This document shows positions 8,232 to 15,899 of a stretch of 64,000 bases of DNA, piece after piece. Position 1 is the first letter of the stretch. The number at the start of each line of letters is the position of its first letter. Made by a program: the position numbers and the translations under genes. Location of the stretch: positions 1 through 64,000 of the IMG/VR virus record IMGVR_UViG_3300045135_002615; one strand, given 5' to 3'. The notes under the pieces were generated by a model. That model did not search any database. It was not told the DNA's origin and saw only the letters and a program-made list of their open reading frames with translations.

Positions 8232-8453
8232 TCGTATTCGATAGGTGGTATCAGCTTAGACTTAGACCGCTCCTCTAAGTATGAGTCTCTAAAGTCCACC
8301 GCTGAGTCCATGTGGTCTCAATCCGTTGAAGCAAAAGCACGCACTACCAAGTTTATGCGAGGTCTAAGGCAACCTAAATATGGTGTCGGTATTCGCAGTA
8401 GTTTTGGTCCTGCGGTTGGGCGAGGCGTTCTTTCACCGAGAAACTTTCTTTGA
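7824..8453 (+). CDS. fractured gene part 3: split intein 2 C-fragment + C-extein (73 aa)
   Basis: ATQDHSL (block B), TYDLCVPRNENFVLANGILAHN/S (blocks F, G); extein begins SYSIGGISLDL. Confidence 0.9.
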   Translation: MMDNSTKQAIKQAFLQGELKVLSVDNDTNQVDYQVISDVMKHHTPHKRILRVELDNGQFVIATQDHSLFTIEEGKIKAIETDQFSVGDTLAIVEDGQVKGCLITNISQEDDCEHTYDLCVPRNENFVLANGILAHNSYSIGGISLDLDRSSKYESLKSTAESMWSQSVEAKARTTKFMRGLRQPKYGVGIRSSFGPAVGRGVLSPRNFL

Positions 8454-8494
8454 TTTTTAGGGGTTTATCTTTGTAGAGACTCCGAAAAAAGTGC

Positions 8495-8524
8495 TTGACA
8501 TGCAAGTAAAGATTGGGGTATGTA
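8495..8524 (+). promoter_or_regulatory. sigma70-like promoter
   Basis: TTGACA (8495) - 18 nt - TATGTA; followed by AGAAAGGA RBS and ATG 8554. Confidence 0.45.
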
Positions 8525-8553
8525 TCTGAACTCAACCAAGAGAAAGGATACAT

Positions 8554-8724
8554 ATGTCAACTCATTGCCCTGCGTGTAAGAAGCAGGTGAGCCCAAAGGG
8601 GCTGCCAGGTCATATAAAAAAGTGCTCTCTATGGGACACCAAGATTGGGGTCCCATCATCAGAGTTCAACTTTGATGAATACTTCCAAAGGGGTTTGTAT
8701 GAGCCTCAAGGGTGCTACTTTTGA
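8554..8724 (+). CDS. small C2HC zinc-finger ORF (56 aa), possibly a truncated gene
   Basis: MSTHCPACKKQVSPKGLPGHIKKCSLW...; good RBS; below ORF-track cut-off; last codons overlap the next gene in another frame. Confidence 0.6.
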   Translation: MSTHCPACKKQVSPKGLPGHIKKCSLWDTKIGVPSSEFNFDEYFQRGLYEPQGCYF

Positions 8725-9634
8725 GGGTTGTCTTCTTGATGAGGTATTCTTCCACGAGTGTGACTCCTCATCACTTGAGGGTGTGGCCTTTGAGGGTTGT
8801 ACTTTGGGTGGTTACTTTGAGAAGTTCGAGGAGGCTACTTTCGTAGACTGCGAGGATGAGGACTACGAGGAAGACGAGGATGAGGTGGAAGTTGAGGACT
8901 TTCACGTTGACCTCTCGGAGTATGACATCTCGGAGTATGACATCTCGGAGATTGACCTCATCAAATTCATCGCTCAGCTCAAGGCGGAGCATGCCCCCGA
9001 AGCCCTACAGCTCACGGGGGCTGACCTCAGCGGTGCTGACCTCAGCGGAGCTGACCTCAGCGAGGTGGAGTTCTTCTCTGAGATTGACCTCACAGGGGCT
9101 AACCTCAGCGGTGCGAACCTCACTGATGCGTTCTTCGATGGGGTGAACCTCCGCGAGGCTGACCTCAGCGGTGCAAACCTCACGGGGGCGATCATCACGC
9201 CCGCCTCGCTCAAGCTCGCTAACCTCACAGGGGCTAACCTCAGCGGTGCTTGTCTCGGAGGCGACCTCTCAGGATCTAACCTCAGCGGTGCGACCTTGAC
9301 GGGGGCAGAGCTGATCGGTGCAACCCTGAAGGGTGCTGACCTCAGCGGTGCTGACCTGACGGGTGCGAACCTGAGCGGTGCGGACCTGACGGGTGCGGAC
9401 CTCTCAGGGGCTAAGCTCACAGGTGCTAAGCTCACTGAGGCTAACCTTGAGGGTGCTAACCTTGAGGGTGCTGACCTCACGGGGACTGACCTCACCCTCA
9501 CCAAGCTCGCTTATGGGGACTTGAGAGGGGTGACCCTCAAGGGTGCAGTCTTCGCCAACACCGACCTCACCAACGCCGACCTTGATGGTGTGAAACTCAC
9601 CAAGACCCAAATCAAGGCGGCGACCAAATCATAA
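8699..9634 (+). CDS. pentapeptide repeat protein with acidic N-terminal insert
   Basis: extensive ADLSG/ANLTG repeats; N-terminal part duplicates the C-terminus of the 9873 gene; frame open from 8645, ATG 8699 chosen. Confidence 0.9.
   Translation: MSLKGATFEGCLLDEVFFHECDSSSLEGVAFEGCTLGGYFEKFEEATFVDCEDEDYEEDEDEVEVEDFHVDLSEYDISEYDISEIDLIKFIAQLKAEHAPEALQLTGADLSGADLSGADLSEVEFFSEIDLTGANLSGANLTDAFFDGVNLREADLSGANLTGAIITPASLKLANLTGANLSGACLGGDLSGSNLSGATLTGAELIGATLKGADLSGADLTGANLSGADLTGADLSGAKLTGAKLTEANLEGANLEGADLTGTDLTLTKLAYGDLRGVTLKGAVFANTDLTNADLDGVKLTKTQIKAATKS
8769..8856 (+). repeat. 88-nt direct repeat, copy 1 (copy 2 at 10351-10438)
   Basis: CATCACTTGAGGGTGT..CCTTTGAGGGTTGT...GACTGCGAGGA, 85/88 identical by eye. 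Confidence 0.9.
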
Positions 9635-9743
9635 AGCCACCACGAGATGGCTAACCTAAACGATTAAACACACACTTCATCACAGCCACCACGAGATGGC
9701 TAATCCTTAGAAGTGTAGAGCTCCTCGAAGTGTAGAGCTCCTC
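9635..9743 (+). repeat. intergenic direct repeats: AGCCACCACGAGATGGCTAA x2 and GAAGTGTAGAGCTCCTC x2
   Basis: copies at 9635-9654 and 9684-9703; tandem copies at 9710-9726 and 9727-9743. Confidence 0.85.
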
Positions 9744-9749
9744 AATGTC

Positions 9750-9800
9750 AAAAGAGCCCGACTGACCTATCAAATGGTTGGTCGGGCTCTTTTTTTTTTT
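9750..9800 (+). terminator. bidirectional intrinsic terminator
   Basis: AAAAGAGCCCGACTGACC-TATCAAAT-GGTTGGTCGGGCTCTTTT + T-run. Confidence 0.85.
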
Positions 9801-9831
9801 ACCTCCCCCCCCACCTCCTATTCATATAAGT
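9801..9831 (+). promoter_or_regulatory. putative phage early promoter (C-rich box + TTCATATAAGT)
   Basis: CTCCTATTCATATAAGT identical at 9815-9831 and 12271-12287; related motifs before 4082, 17709, 18232, 24695. Confidence 0.6.
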
Positions 9832-9872
9832 GATTAACGACAACAACGATAACTACCTACTAAGGAAAAGAA

Positions 9873-10496
9873 ATGTCAGACAAGAAGATTATAGATTTTG
9901 ATGAGTATGAGTGGAACTACGGCGACGATACCGTAAACTACGAAGGTCATGCTTTTTGGTTAAAGTTTGATGGTGACCTGACAGGTCACACCCTCACAGG
10001 GGCAACCATTGAGGGCACCCTCTTCAAGGGTGCGGATCTCAGGGGGGCAACCATTAAGGTAGAGGCTCTCACAGAGAGCCTCTTTGTGGATTGCAACCTT
10101 GAGGGTGCAACCCTCTCGGCAACTAATCGAGGCGTGAACCGCGTAGTCTGGACGGGCTGCAACCTTCGTGGTGCAACCATCAAGAACACCTGGCTTGATG
10201 GGGTATGCTTAAGGAACTGCGACCTTCGTGATGTAACATTCGAGGGCTGCTTATTTGATGTATATAATACTGTCCTTCTTCAAGATTGCAACCTGCAAGG
10301 TGCAACCTTTAAGGATTGCTCCTTGAGCTCTGATTTCGTTCTTCATGGGACATCACTTGAGGGTGTAACCTTTGAGGGTTGTACTTTGGGTGGTTACTTT
10401 GAGAAGTTCGAGGAGGCTACTTTCGTGGACTGCGAGGACAGGACTACGAGGACTACGAGGACTACGAGGATGACGAGGACTAAGAACCTCACCTAG
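9873..10496 (+). CDS. pentapeptide repeat protein (divergent), 3' end probably frameshifted
   Basis: ADLRG/CNLEG/ATFKD repeats; AAGGA RBS; tail reads RTTRTT where the alternative frame reads EDYEDYEDDED like the paralog. Confidence 0.85.
   Translation: MSDKKIIDFDEYEWNYGDDTVNYEGHAFWLKFDGDLTGHTLTGATIEGTLFKGADLRGATIKVEALTESLFVDCNLEGATLSATNRGVNRVVWTGCNLRGATIKNTWLDGVCLRNCDLRDVTFEGCLFDVYNTVLLQDCNLQGATFKDCSLSSDFVLHGTSLEGVTFEGCTLGGYFEKFEEATFVDCEDRTTRTTRTTRMTRTKNLT
10351..10438 (+). repeat. 88-nt direct repeat, copy 2
   Basis: see 8769-8856. Confidence 0.9.
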
Positions 10497-10511
10497 ATAG
10501 AGACCCTCAAT

Positions 10512-10559
10512 AAAAGAGCCCGACTGACCATTTGATAGGTCAGTCGGGCTCTTTTTTTT
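10512..10559. terminator. bidirectional terminator between convergent genes; inverted copy of the 9750 hairpin
   Basis: AAAAGAGCCCGACTGACC-ATTTGATA-GGTCAGTCGGGCTCTTTT; the loop is the reverse complement of the 9750 loop. Confidence 0.85.
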
Positions 10560-10579
10560 ATCTAAAAGTGTCCTTAACT

Positions 10580-11038
10580 TCAAGTAAGGTCTAGACCTGC
10601 CTCTAACCATGAGAGGTCAAGTGTCCATTGATGCTGAGACCTCTCCTCCCACTTACTAAAGACACTCTCGATGTAGAGCTCTAACTGTAAAGGGTGCTTG
10701 AACTCGTTGAGTACAGCTATCTTGTTAAGCACTTGCTCCTGAACCTCAGGTGACTCTACAGAGAGTGTCCTCCCTAGATGCTTTGCCTTATGGCAGGTGG
10801 GGCATAAAGAGATCAACCCCTTGAGGGTCTGTGTCTTTGTCCCATCATCATAATGCCATATCTCATGACACTCTACGGGGTGTGTGGGACCTTTTTCGGA
10901 GCATATCTCGCATCGGTATTGAGCGTTTCGATATGACTGCCTCCGTAATGTGTCCCATCTCTCTTTAGAGAGGTTGGCTTCAGTGCGTAGGTTGTTGCCC
11001 CATGACGTTGAAGGGACAAGTTCAATAGTGAGTTTCAT
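10580..11038 (-). CDS. HNH endonuclease
   Basis: CEIC...ECHEIW...LISLCPTCHKAKH zinc/HNH-type pattern. Confidence 0.8.
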   Translation of the reverse strand: MKLTIELVPSTSWGNNLRTEANLSKERWDTLRRQSYRNAQYRCEICSEKGPTHPVECHEIWHYDDGTKTQTLKGLISLCPTCHKAKHLGRTLSVESPEVQEQVLNKIAVLNEFKHPLQLELYIESVFSKWEERSQHQWTLDLSWLEAGLDLT

Positions 11039-11062
11039 AGTGACCTCGTGGTGTTGTGGTGT

Positions 11063-11117
11063 TCACTTGACTTATAGGATCATGGTCATGGGAGGTTGTA
11101 TCTTATAAGTCAAGTGA
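11063..11117. promoter_or_regulatory. 18-bp inverted repeat forming a symmetric divergent promoter/operator
   Basis: TCACTTGACTTATAGGAT (11063-80) vs ATCTTATAAGTCAAGTGA (11100-17), 17/18 complementary, between divergent genes. Confidence 0.6.
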
Positions 11118-11141
11118 TGAACATTTGAAAGGCACATTGAT

Positions 11142-12248
11142 ATGAGACTAACAAAGATAGATACATGGGTAGACGAGCCAATCAATACAGACCATCCCTT
11201 ACTGATCTCTAGTGTTGATTGGGCTCACACAGAGCTTGTAGATCGTGTGAATATCCCACTTGGCTCTAATGTCCAAGTGGGGTGCTCTTCTTCAGAGGAG
11301 TTGGACATTGAGGTGTGGCTAGAAGAAGCCGTTACCGAGGTCACCCGACAGACCTCAGTAGAAGGTATGGGTACTAGGACTTATCTTGAGCAAGAGACAC
11401 AGATCAAAGTGTTGGGTACAACGATCAGATCAATTTCCCCTCGCCCTATTAGGGTCAAGAACCTTGATGATGACAAGCAGTACCTCCTAGTGACTTCAGA
11501 TCACTTTAAGATCATAGAGATAGAGGGGGCATCCCTCACACTTGAGGAACAAGTAAAGCTGTACAGGGTGACACACGGACTGAGTAAGGATTTGCAAGGT
11601 ATTAGCTTGTCTAACTGCAAGGTCCCCTTTGACCTTAGCGGGTGCGACTTGAGCGGTAGTTCATTTGATCAAGTGGACTTCTTAGGTGATCTAAGGGGAG
11701 CTAATCTATCAGGGACACACCTCACATATTGTGATTTAAAAGGGTTGAACATTGAAGGGGCTGACTTCAGCAACAGCACCCTTAATAGCGTTGACTTCTC
11801 CTGCTCTAGCTTAAAGGGTTCAACCTTTTTAGACGCGGATCTTGATAGCCCCCTCTTTGTAACGTGTTCACTTGAGGGGGTGGACTTCACAAAAGCCAGT
11901 TTTAATGGTGGTGACTTTACTTGTGCTCTTTGTGAGGGGGTGGACTTTAGTGGTCTTGAGTATAGTTATGACGAGAGCTTGTCTGATTGTCTCAACGGCT
12001 ATCTTAATGACCCTAGGCTCTTGTTTAGTTGGGCGGATTTGAGGCGGGCTAAGTTTGATGGGTTGTCTTTGAACCATGCTCAGTTTAATGGTGCTACCTT
12101 GACGGGGGCAACATTTAAGGATTGTGATCTTAGTTCATCAGAAGACGACTACAGAGATGGTCGTTATGAATACTATTCAGAGGGCACGAACTTCAAGGGT
12201 GCAGAGCTAGGTCTAAAATTAAGGGTCACTTTAAGGGCTTATTTATAA
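11142..12248 (+). CDS. pentapeptide repeat protein with unique N-terminal domain
   Basis: C-terminal CDLSG/ANLSG/ADFSN/VDFTK repeats. Confidence 0.88.
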   Translation: MRLTKIDTWVDEPINTDHPLLISSVDWAHTELVDRVNIPLGSNVQVGCSSSEELDIEVWLEEAVTEVTRQTSVEGMGTRTYLEQETQIKVLGTTIRSISPRPIRVKNLDDDKQYLLVTSDHFKIIEIEGASLTLEEQVKLYRVTHGLSKDLQGISLSNCKVPFDLSGCDLSGSSFDQVDFLGDLRGANLSGTHLTYCDLKGLNIEGADFSNSTLNSVDFSCSSLKGSTFLDADLDSPLFVTCSLEGVDFTKASFNGGDFTCALCEGVDFSGLEYSYDESLSDCLNGYLNDPRLLFSWADLRRAKFDGLSLNHAQFNGATLTGATFKDCDLSSSEDDYRDGRYEYYSEGTNFKGAELGLKLRVTLRAYL

Positions 12249-12255
12249 AGATTTT

Positions 12256-12287
12256 TACCTCTCCCCCAAACTCCTATTCATATAAGT
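12256..12287 (+). promoter_or_regulatory. putative phage early promoter
   Basis: C-rich box + CTCCTATTCATATAAGT, then CAACAAC leader and AAGGAG. Confidence 0.6.
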
Positions 12288-12320
12288 AGCTAAGAAACAA
12301 CAACACCTAAAGGAGAAAAG

Positions 12321-12761
12321 ATGTCAGATTATTGGCTTCAAGAGATGATTGAGACTGTAGGACGCCCCCTCACCGAGCGTGAGGCAGGGGTGATTTGGGA
12401 TGAGGCTCTCTCCAGGAGCGGTGTGGCAGACCTTCGCGGGTATCGCCGCACATCGCTCCAGACCCTTGAGGGTCAGCTTTATGGTCTGAGGGCTTATATG
12501 GACAGGTCGGAGGCTGACCCGCGAGGGTACATGATCGGTATCTCTGACCGAGATAGTAGCTACTACGCGACACCCTATAGTCGCCTCATCGAGGCGATCA
12601 AGGAGGTAGCAAAGAACCCTCCTATTTGCCGCCCTGCACATCAGTTGGAGGTGGCTAGTGAGGAGTCTGCGGGCTTCCTTCTCACTGAAGAGGAGGCTAA
12701 AGACCTCCCTGAAGGTGCCCTATTCACGGGTACTAATGGTCAGTGGTACATCCGTCTCTGA
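12321..12761 (+). CDS. hypothetical protein
   Basis: 146 aa, AAGGAG RBS, own promoter and terminator. Confidence 0.8.
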   Translation: MSDYWLQEMIETVGRPLTEREAGVIWDEALSRSGVADLRGYRRTSLQTLEGQLYGLRAYMDRSEADPRGYMIGISDRDSSYYATPYSRLIEAIKEVAKNPPICRPAHQLEVASEESAGFLLTEEEAKDLPEGALFTGTNGQWYIRL

Positions 12762-12786
12762 TCTTCTTAAAGGATCTGATCTTCTT

Positions 12787-12830
12787 AAAGGCTCTGTCTA
12801 TCAGCAATGGTAGACAGAGCCTTTTTTTTT
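12787..12830 (+). terminator. intrinsic terminator
   Basis: AAAGGCTCTGTCTA...TAGACAGAGCCTTTTTTTTT. Confidence 0.85.
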
Positions 12831-12863
12831 AATCTATGATTCATAGGGGAATGGAGGTGACAC

Positions 12864-13307
12864 ATGCGTTATTTAGTATCGAACCTTAAAGACCGATGGG
12901 GTAACTACGTTGAGATTACTCTGATCTCTAATGGAGCAGGGGTTGGTCAAGTTTGGGGCTATCATAACACTTATGAGAACTATATGGACTTCCATTGCGT
13001 CTCAGATTTGATTGCCCTCGCTAGTCGTAACCCTCGTGTATGGGAAGGAACTGCCATGCGTATAGCGGAGGTAGACCATAGCTCTTTAAATGCTTCTTTA
13101 AGAGGTAAGGGTCTTGGGGTACAGATGTACCTGAGATACGCAAGAGAACATTGGGACTTTAATGGAGGCAAGCCTTTCATCTTCATCCCGCAGTCTTGTA
13201 ATGACCAAGAGGGGACTACCTCAGATATGGCATTAAACGTATGGAGGTCACTAGCTCGCAAGTACCCTTCATCGGGTGAATGTATCCTCATCAGCAAGCG
13301 ACCTTAA
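12864..13307 (+). CDS. GNAT-like acetyltransferase
   Basis: LNASLRGKGLGVQMY resembles the R/Q-x-x-G-x-G/A acetyl-CoA motif; GGAGG RBS. Confidence 0.6.
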   Translation: MRYLVSNLKDRWGNYVEITLISNGAGVGQVWGYHNTYENYMDFHCVSDLIALASRNPRVWEGTAMRIAEVDHSSLNASLRGKGLGVQMYLRYAREHWDFNGGKPFIFIPQSCNDQEGTTSDMALNVWRSLARKYPSSGECILISKRP

Positions 13308-13349
13308 TATAAACCCCATCAGCCAACCTATCAAATAAGGAGAAAGCTG

Positions 13350-15899
13350 ATGGCTAAGAGTTTTTCAAACGAAGCGGATGTCGTACACCACTTCAAATCA
13401 TTATTAGAGGACGCCACAGGAGCTCACTTTCAGACCCTCTCATCAAACAAGGGTGAGAAGTCTACATGGGCAACTGATGGTGTGATTGAGTGGGACTCCC
13501 CCACTAAGACCTCAGTACGAGTTTTATTAGAGACTAAGTTCGGTACGGACTTGACCCGTGAGCAGGTACGCTCAAATGTACTCGCTCAGGCATTGTACTA
13601 CTGCAAGAGGTTTGAGGGTAGGGGTGAGGACATCCCTAACGTGATCCTCATCGGCGATCAAGATCATTGTTTTGTGATTGGTTACGATGCGGTTAAGGAG
13701 TTCATGAGTGCGGAGGTAGATTGGAGTCGTAGACCTAGTTCACCTGACCCGAAGCTACATGTAGAGGTAGATGTTCACTTAGAGGGGACTCTAGCGGTGG
13801 ACGGGGTTAAGATGAAGGAGATATGTGAGCAGCTTGCGGAGGGTTGTGTGATAAAGGTGAAGCCCTCACCTGAGAACATCTCTGCGATGTATCAGCATTG
13901 GGTGACGCACATTATTCCAGAGGGTAAGTATGAGCCAGTGGAGATGACGGACATCTTCTTTGGTTGTGTCTTATACTCTGAGTCTGATGATCACTATGCG
14001 GTAGTCCACCCTAAGAAGAAGGACACCTTGTTGATGGGAGGTAAGGAGTACCACGTCAAGGTATCCGCGATGAACGGCTTCTTCGAGCGTAGGCAACGTG
14101 GTTTGAGTGCAAAGGATGCGGAAGAGCTTCTGTCTATGAGGGATCGTATCATTGAGGATGACGCGAGGCGTAGGCAGGGTGCGTTTTACACCCCACGTTT
14201 ATGGGTAGACGAGGCACATAGGGAGATGGAGAAGGTATTGGGTCATGATTGGAGGGATGAGTGTATTGTTTGGGATTGTTGTGCGGGTACAGGCAACCTT
14301 ACGAGGGACTATGACTTTAAGAATCTTATTCTGTCTACGGCGGAGGCACCTGATGTGAAGGCGATTAAGCGAGAGGGGTTTAATGAGGGTGCTCATGTGT
14401 TTCAGTATGACTTTTTGAACCCAGAGGCACCGTCACCTTTTTTTGAGGAGGGAGACAACGTATTGCCTTTGAGGGTGAAGGAGTTATTGAGGTCAGGTGC
14501 TGAGCAGGGGAAGCGTTTGGTATTTTTCATTAATCCACCTTATGCGACAGCAGGGAACGCGGGTGCAAAGGGGACATCTAAGGCTGGGGTTGCGGGTACA
14601 CTTGCGAACGCCGCTATGAAGAAGGATAAGTTAGGTGCTTGTTCACAACAGCTTTACGCTCAGTTCATGTATCAGTGTGAGCAGGTAGCTTCAGAGCATG
14701 GGTTCGAGAAGAAGAGCGTAGGCATCTTCTCACCTAGTTTGTTCATGGTGTCGGGGTCATTCGCAAAGTTCCGCCCTTTTTGGTACGAGCGATACTCTTA
14801 TCAGTCGGGCTTCATGTTCCAAGCCTCGCAGTTTGCTGACGTGAGTGGTGCATGGGCTATCTCGTTTACAACTTGGAATGAGGGCAAGACCGATATCACT
14901 CAATATCTCCCAATCATGCTTAAGAGCAAGAGAGATGCAGAGGAGATTATCCCACTCTCAGAGAAGCTCCTTTATAATGCGAGGGGTAGAGAGGCATCTG
15001 TTTGGGTGCGGGGGTTTGTTAAGGGGGTCAAGGCATGTCCTGTGCCTAACATGTCTTCAGGATTGAAGTTGAAGGAAGGTAAGATCACGTTGTGTTCGGG
15101 TGCCCTCCTTTACATGGTGAATGATAGTAACGCACTTTGCTATTCTCTAAAAGATGTTTTTTTCATCTCAAGTGCTTCCACACGAGGGCACGGGCTCTCA
15201 GTTTTAGCTGGAGAGGCATGGAGGAGGGCGATATCTCACTATGGTGCTCGTAAACTCTCTGTAGACACATGGATGACACATAATGACGAGTACCTAGCAC
15301 CAAGCACAGAGATTGAAGGCTATGACCAATGGGTAGATGACTGCCACATCTACGCTCTCTTAGAGAGCAAGAACAACATGACCTCTATGCGTGACGTAGA
15401 ATACAAAGGCAAGAAGTGGAATATCCATAACCACTTCTTCTGGCTCACCCGCAAAGAAGCTCTCGACCTCTACGGCAACCACCCCGATACAAGGAAGCTC
15501 TACCAAGACGCTAAAAAGAACCCTATCCCATATGAGAAGGAAGAAGGTGTACTCGGTGAAGACCTTACCCCTCAATGGCGTAAAGACGGTGACCCCTACT
15601 TCGCACACATCTTGCCCACCCTTGATCTCTCTCCATTAGCTAATGAAATCCTAGATGATCTCAAAGCCCTTCATGTGGAGAGCTTTACTTTACGCTCAAA
15701 GACAACCTCAGTGTTGGAGAAGGGTAAGTCTATTGATCTTCACTTAGGTGCTTGGGACGCAGGTGTCTATCAGCACAAGAAGCTATGGGCTACAGAGCCT
15801 ACCCTGAAGGCGAAGTGGGAAGCGATTAAAACTAAACATCGCACTCTTGCCCAGCAACTAGAGCATGGTGTGTATACCTATGGGTTCTTGATCAAATAA
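13350..15899 (+). CDS. fused restriction endonuclease / N6-adenine methyltransferase (type IIG/IIL-like)
   Basis: N-terminal TDG...LLETK and QALYY (PD-(D/E)xK-like); GAFYTP; WDCCAGTGNL (motif I); INPPY (motif IV); C-terminal TRD-like region. Confidence 0.82.
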   Translation: MAKSFSNEADVVHHFKSLLEDATGAHFQTLSSNKGEKSTWATDGVIEWDSPTKTSVRVLLETKFGTDLTREQVRSNVLAQALYYCKRFEGRGEDIPNVILIGDQDHCFVIGYDAVKEFMSAEVDWSRRPSSPDPKLHVEVDVHLEGTLAVDGVKMKEICEQLAEGCVIKVKPSPENISAMYQHWVTHIIPEGKYEPVEMTDIFFGCVLYSESDDHYAVVHPKKKDTLLMGGKEYHVKVSAMNGFFERRQRGLSAKDAEELLSMRDRIIEDDARRRQGAFYTPRLWVDEAHREMEKVLGHDWRDECIVWDCCAGTGNLTRDYDFKNLILSTAEAPDVKAIKREGFNEGAHVFQYDFLNPEAPSPFFEEGDNVLPLRVKELLRSGAEQGKRLVFFINPPYATAGNAGAKGTSKAGVAGTLANAAMKKDKLGACSQQLYAQFMYQCEQVASEHGFEKKSVGIFSPSLFMVSGSFAKFRPFWYERYSYQSGFMFQASQFADVSGAWAISFTTWNEGKTDITQYLPIMLKSKRDAEEIIPLSEKLLYNARGREASVWVRGFVKGVKACPVPNMSSGLKLKEGKITLCSGALLYMVNDSNALCYSLKDVFFISSASTRGHGLSVLAGEAWRRAISHYGARKLSVDTWMTHNDEYLAPSTEIEGYDQWVDDCHIYALLESKNNMTSMRDVEYKGKKWNIHNHFFWLTRKEALDLYGNHPDTRKLYQDAKKNPIPYEKEEGVLGEDLTPQWRKDGDPYFAHILPTLDLSPLANEILDDLKALHVESFTLRSKTTSVLEKGKSIDLHLGAWDAGVYQHKKLWATEPTLKAKWEAIKTKHRTLAQQLEHGVYTYGFLIK

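Noticed and set aside
9635-9743. Possible mini-CRISPR array
   Set aside because: Only two 20-nt repeats with one 29-nt spacer; no further units or cas genes
8769-10438. 88-nt repeat pair as a DGR template/variable repeat
   Set aside because: Only 3 differences, not consistently at adenines of one copy, and no reverse transcriptase in the window
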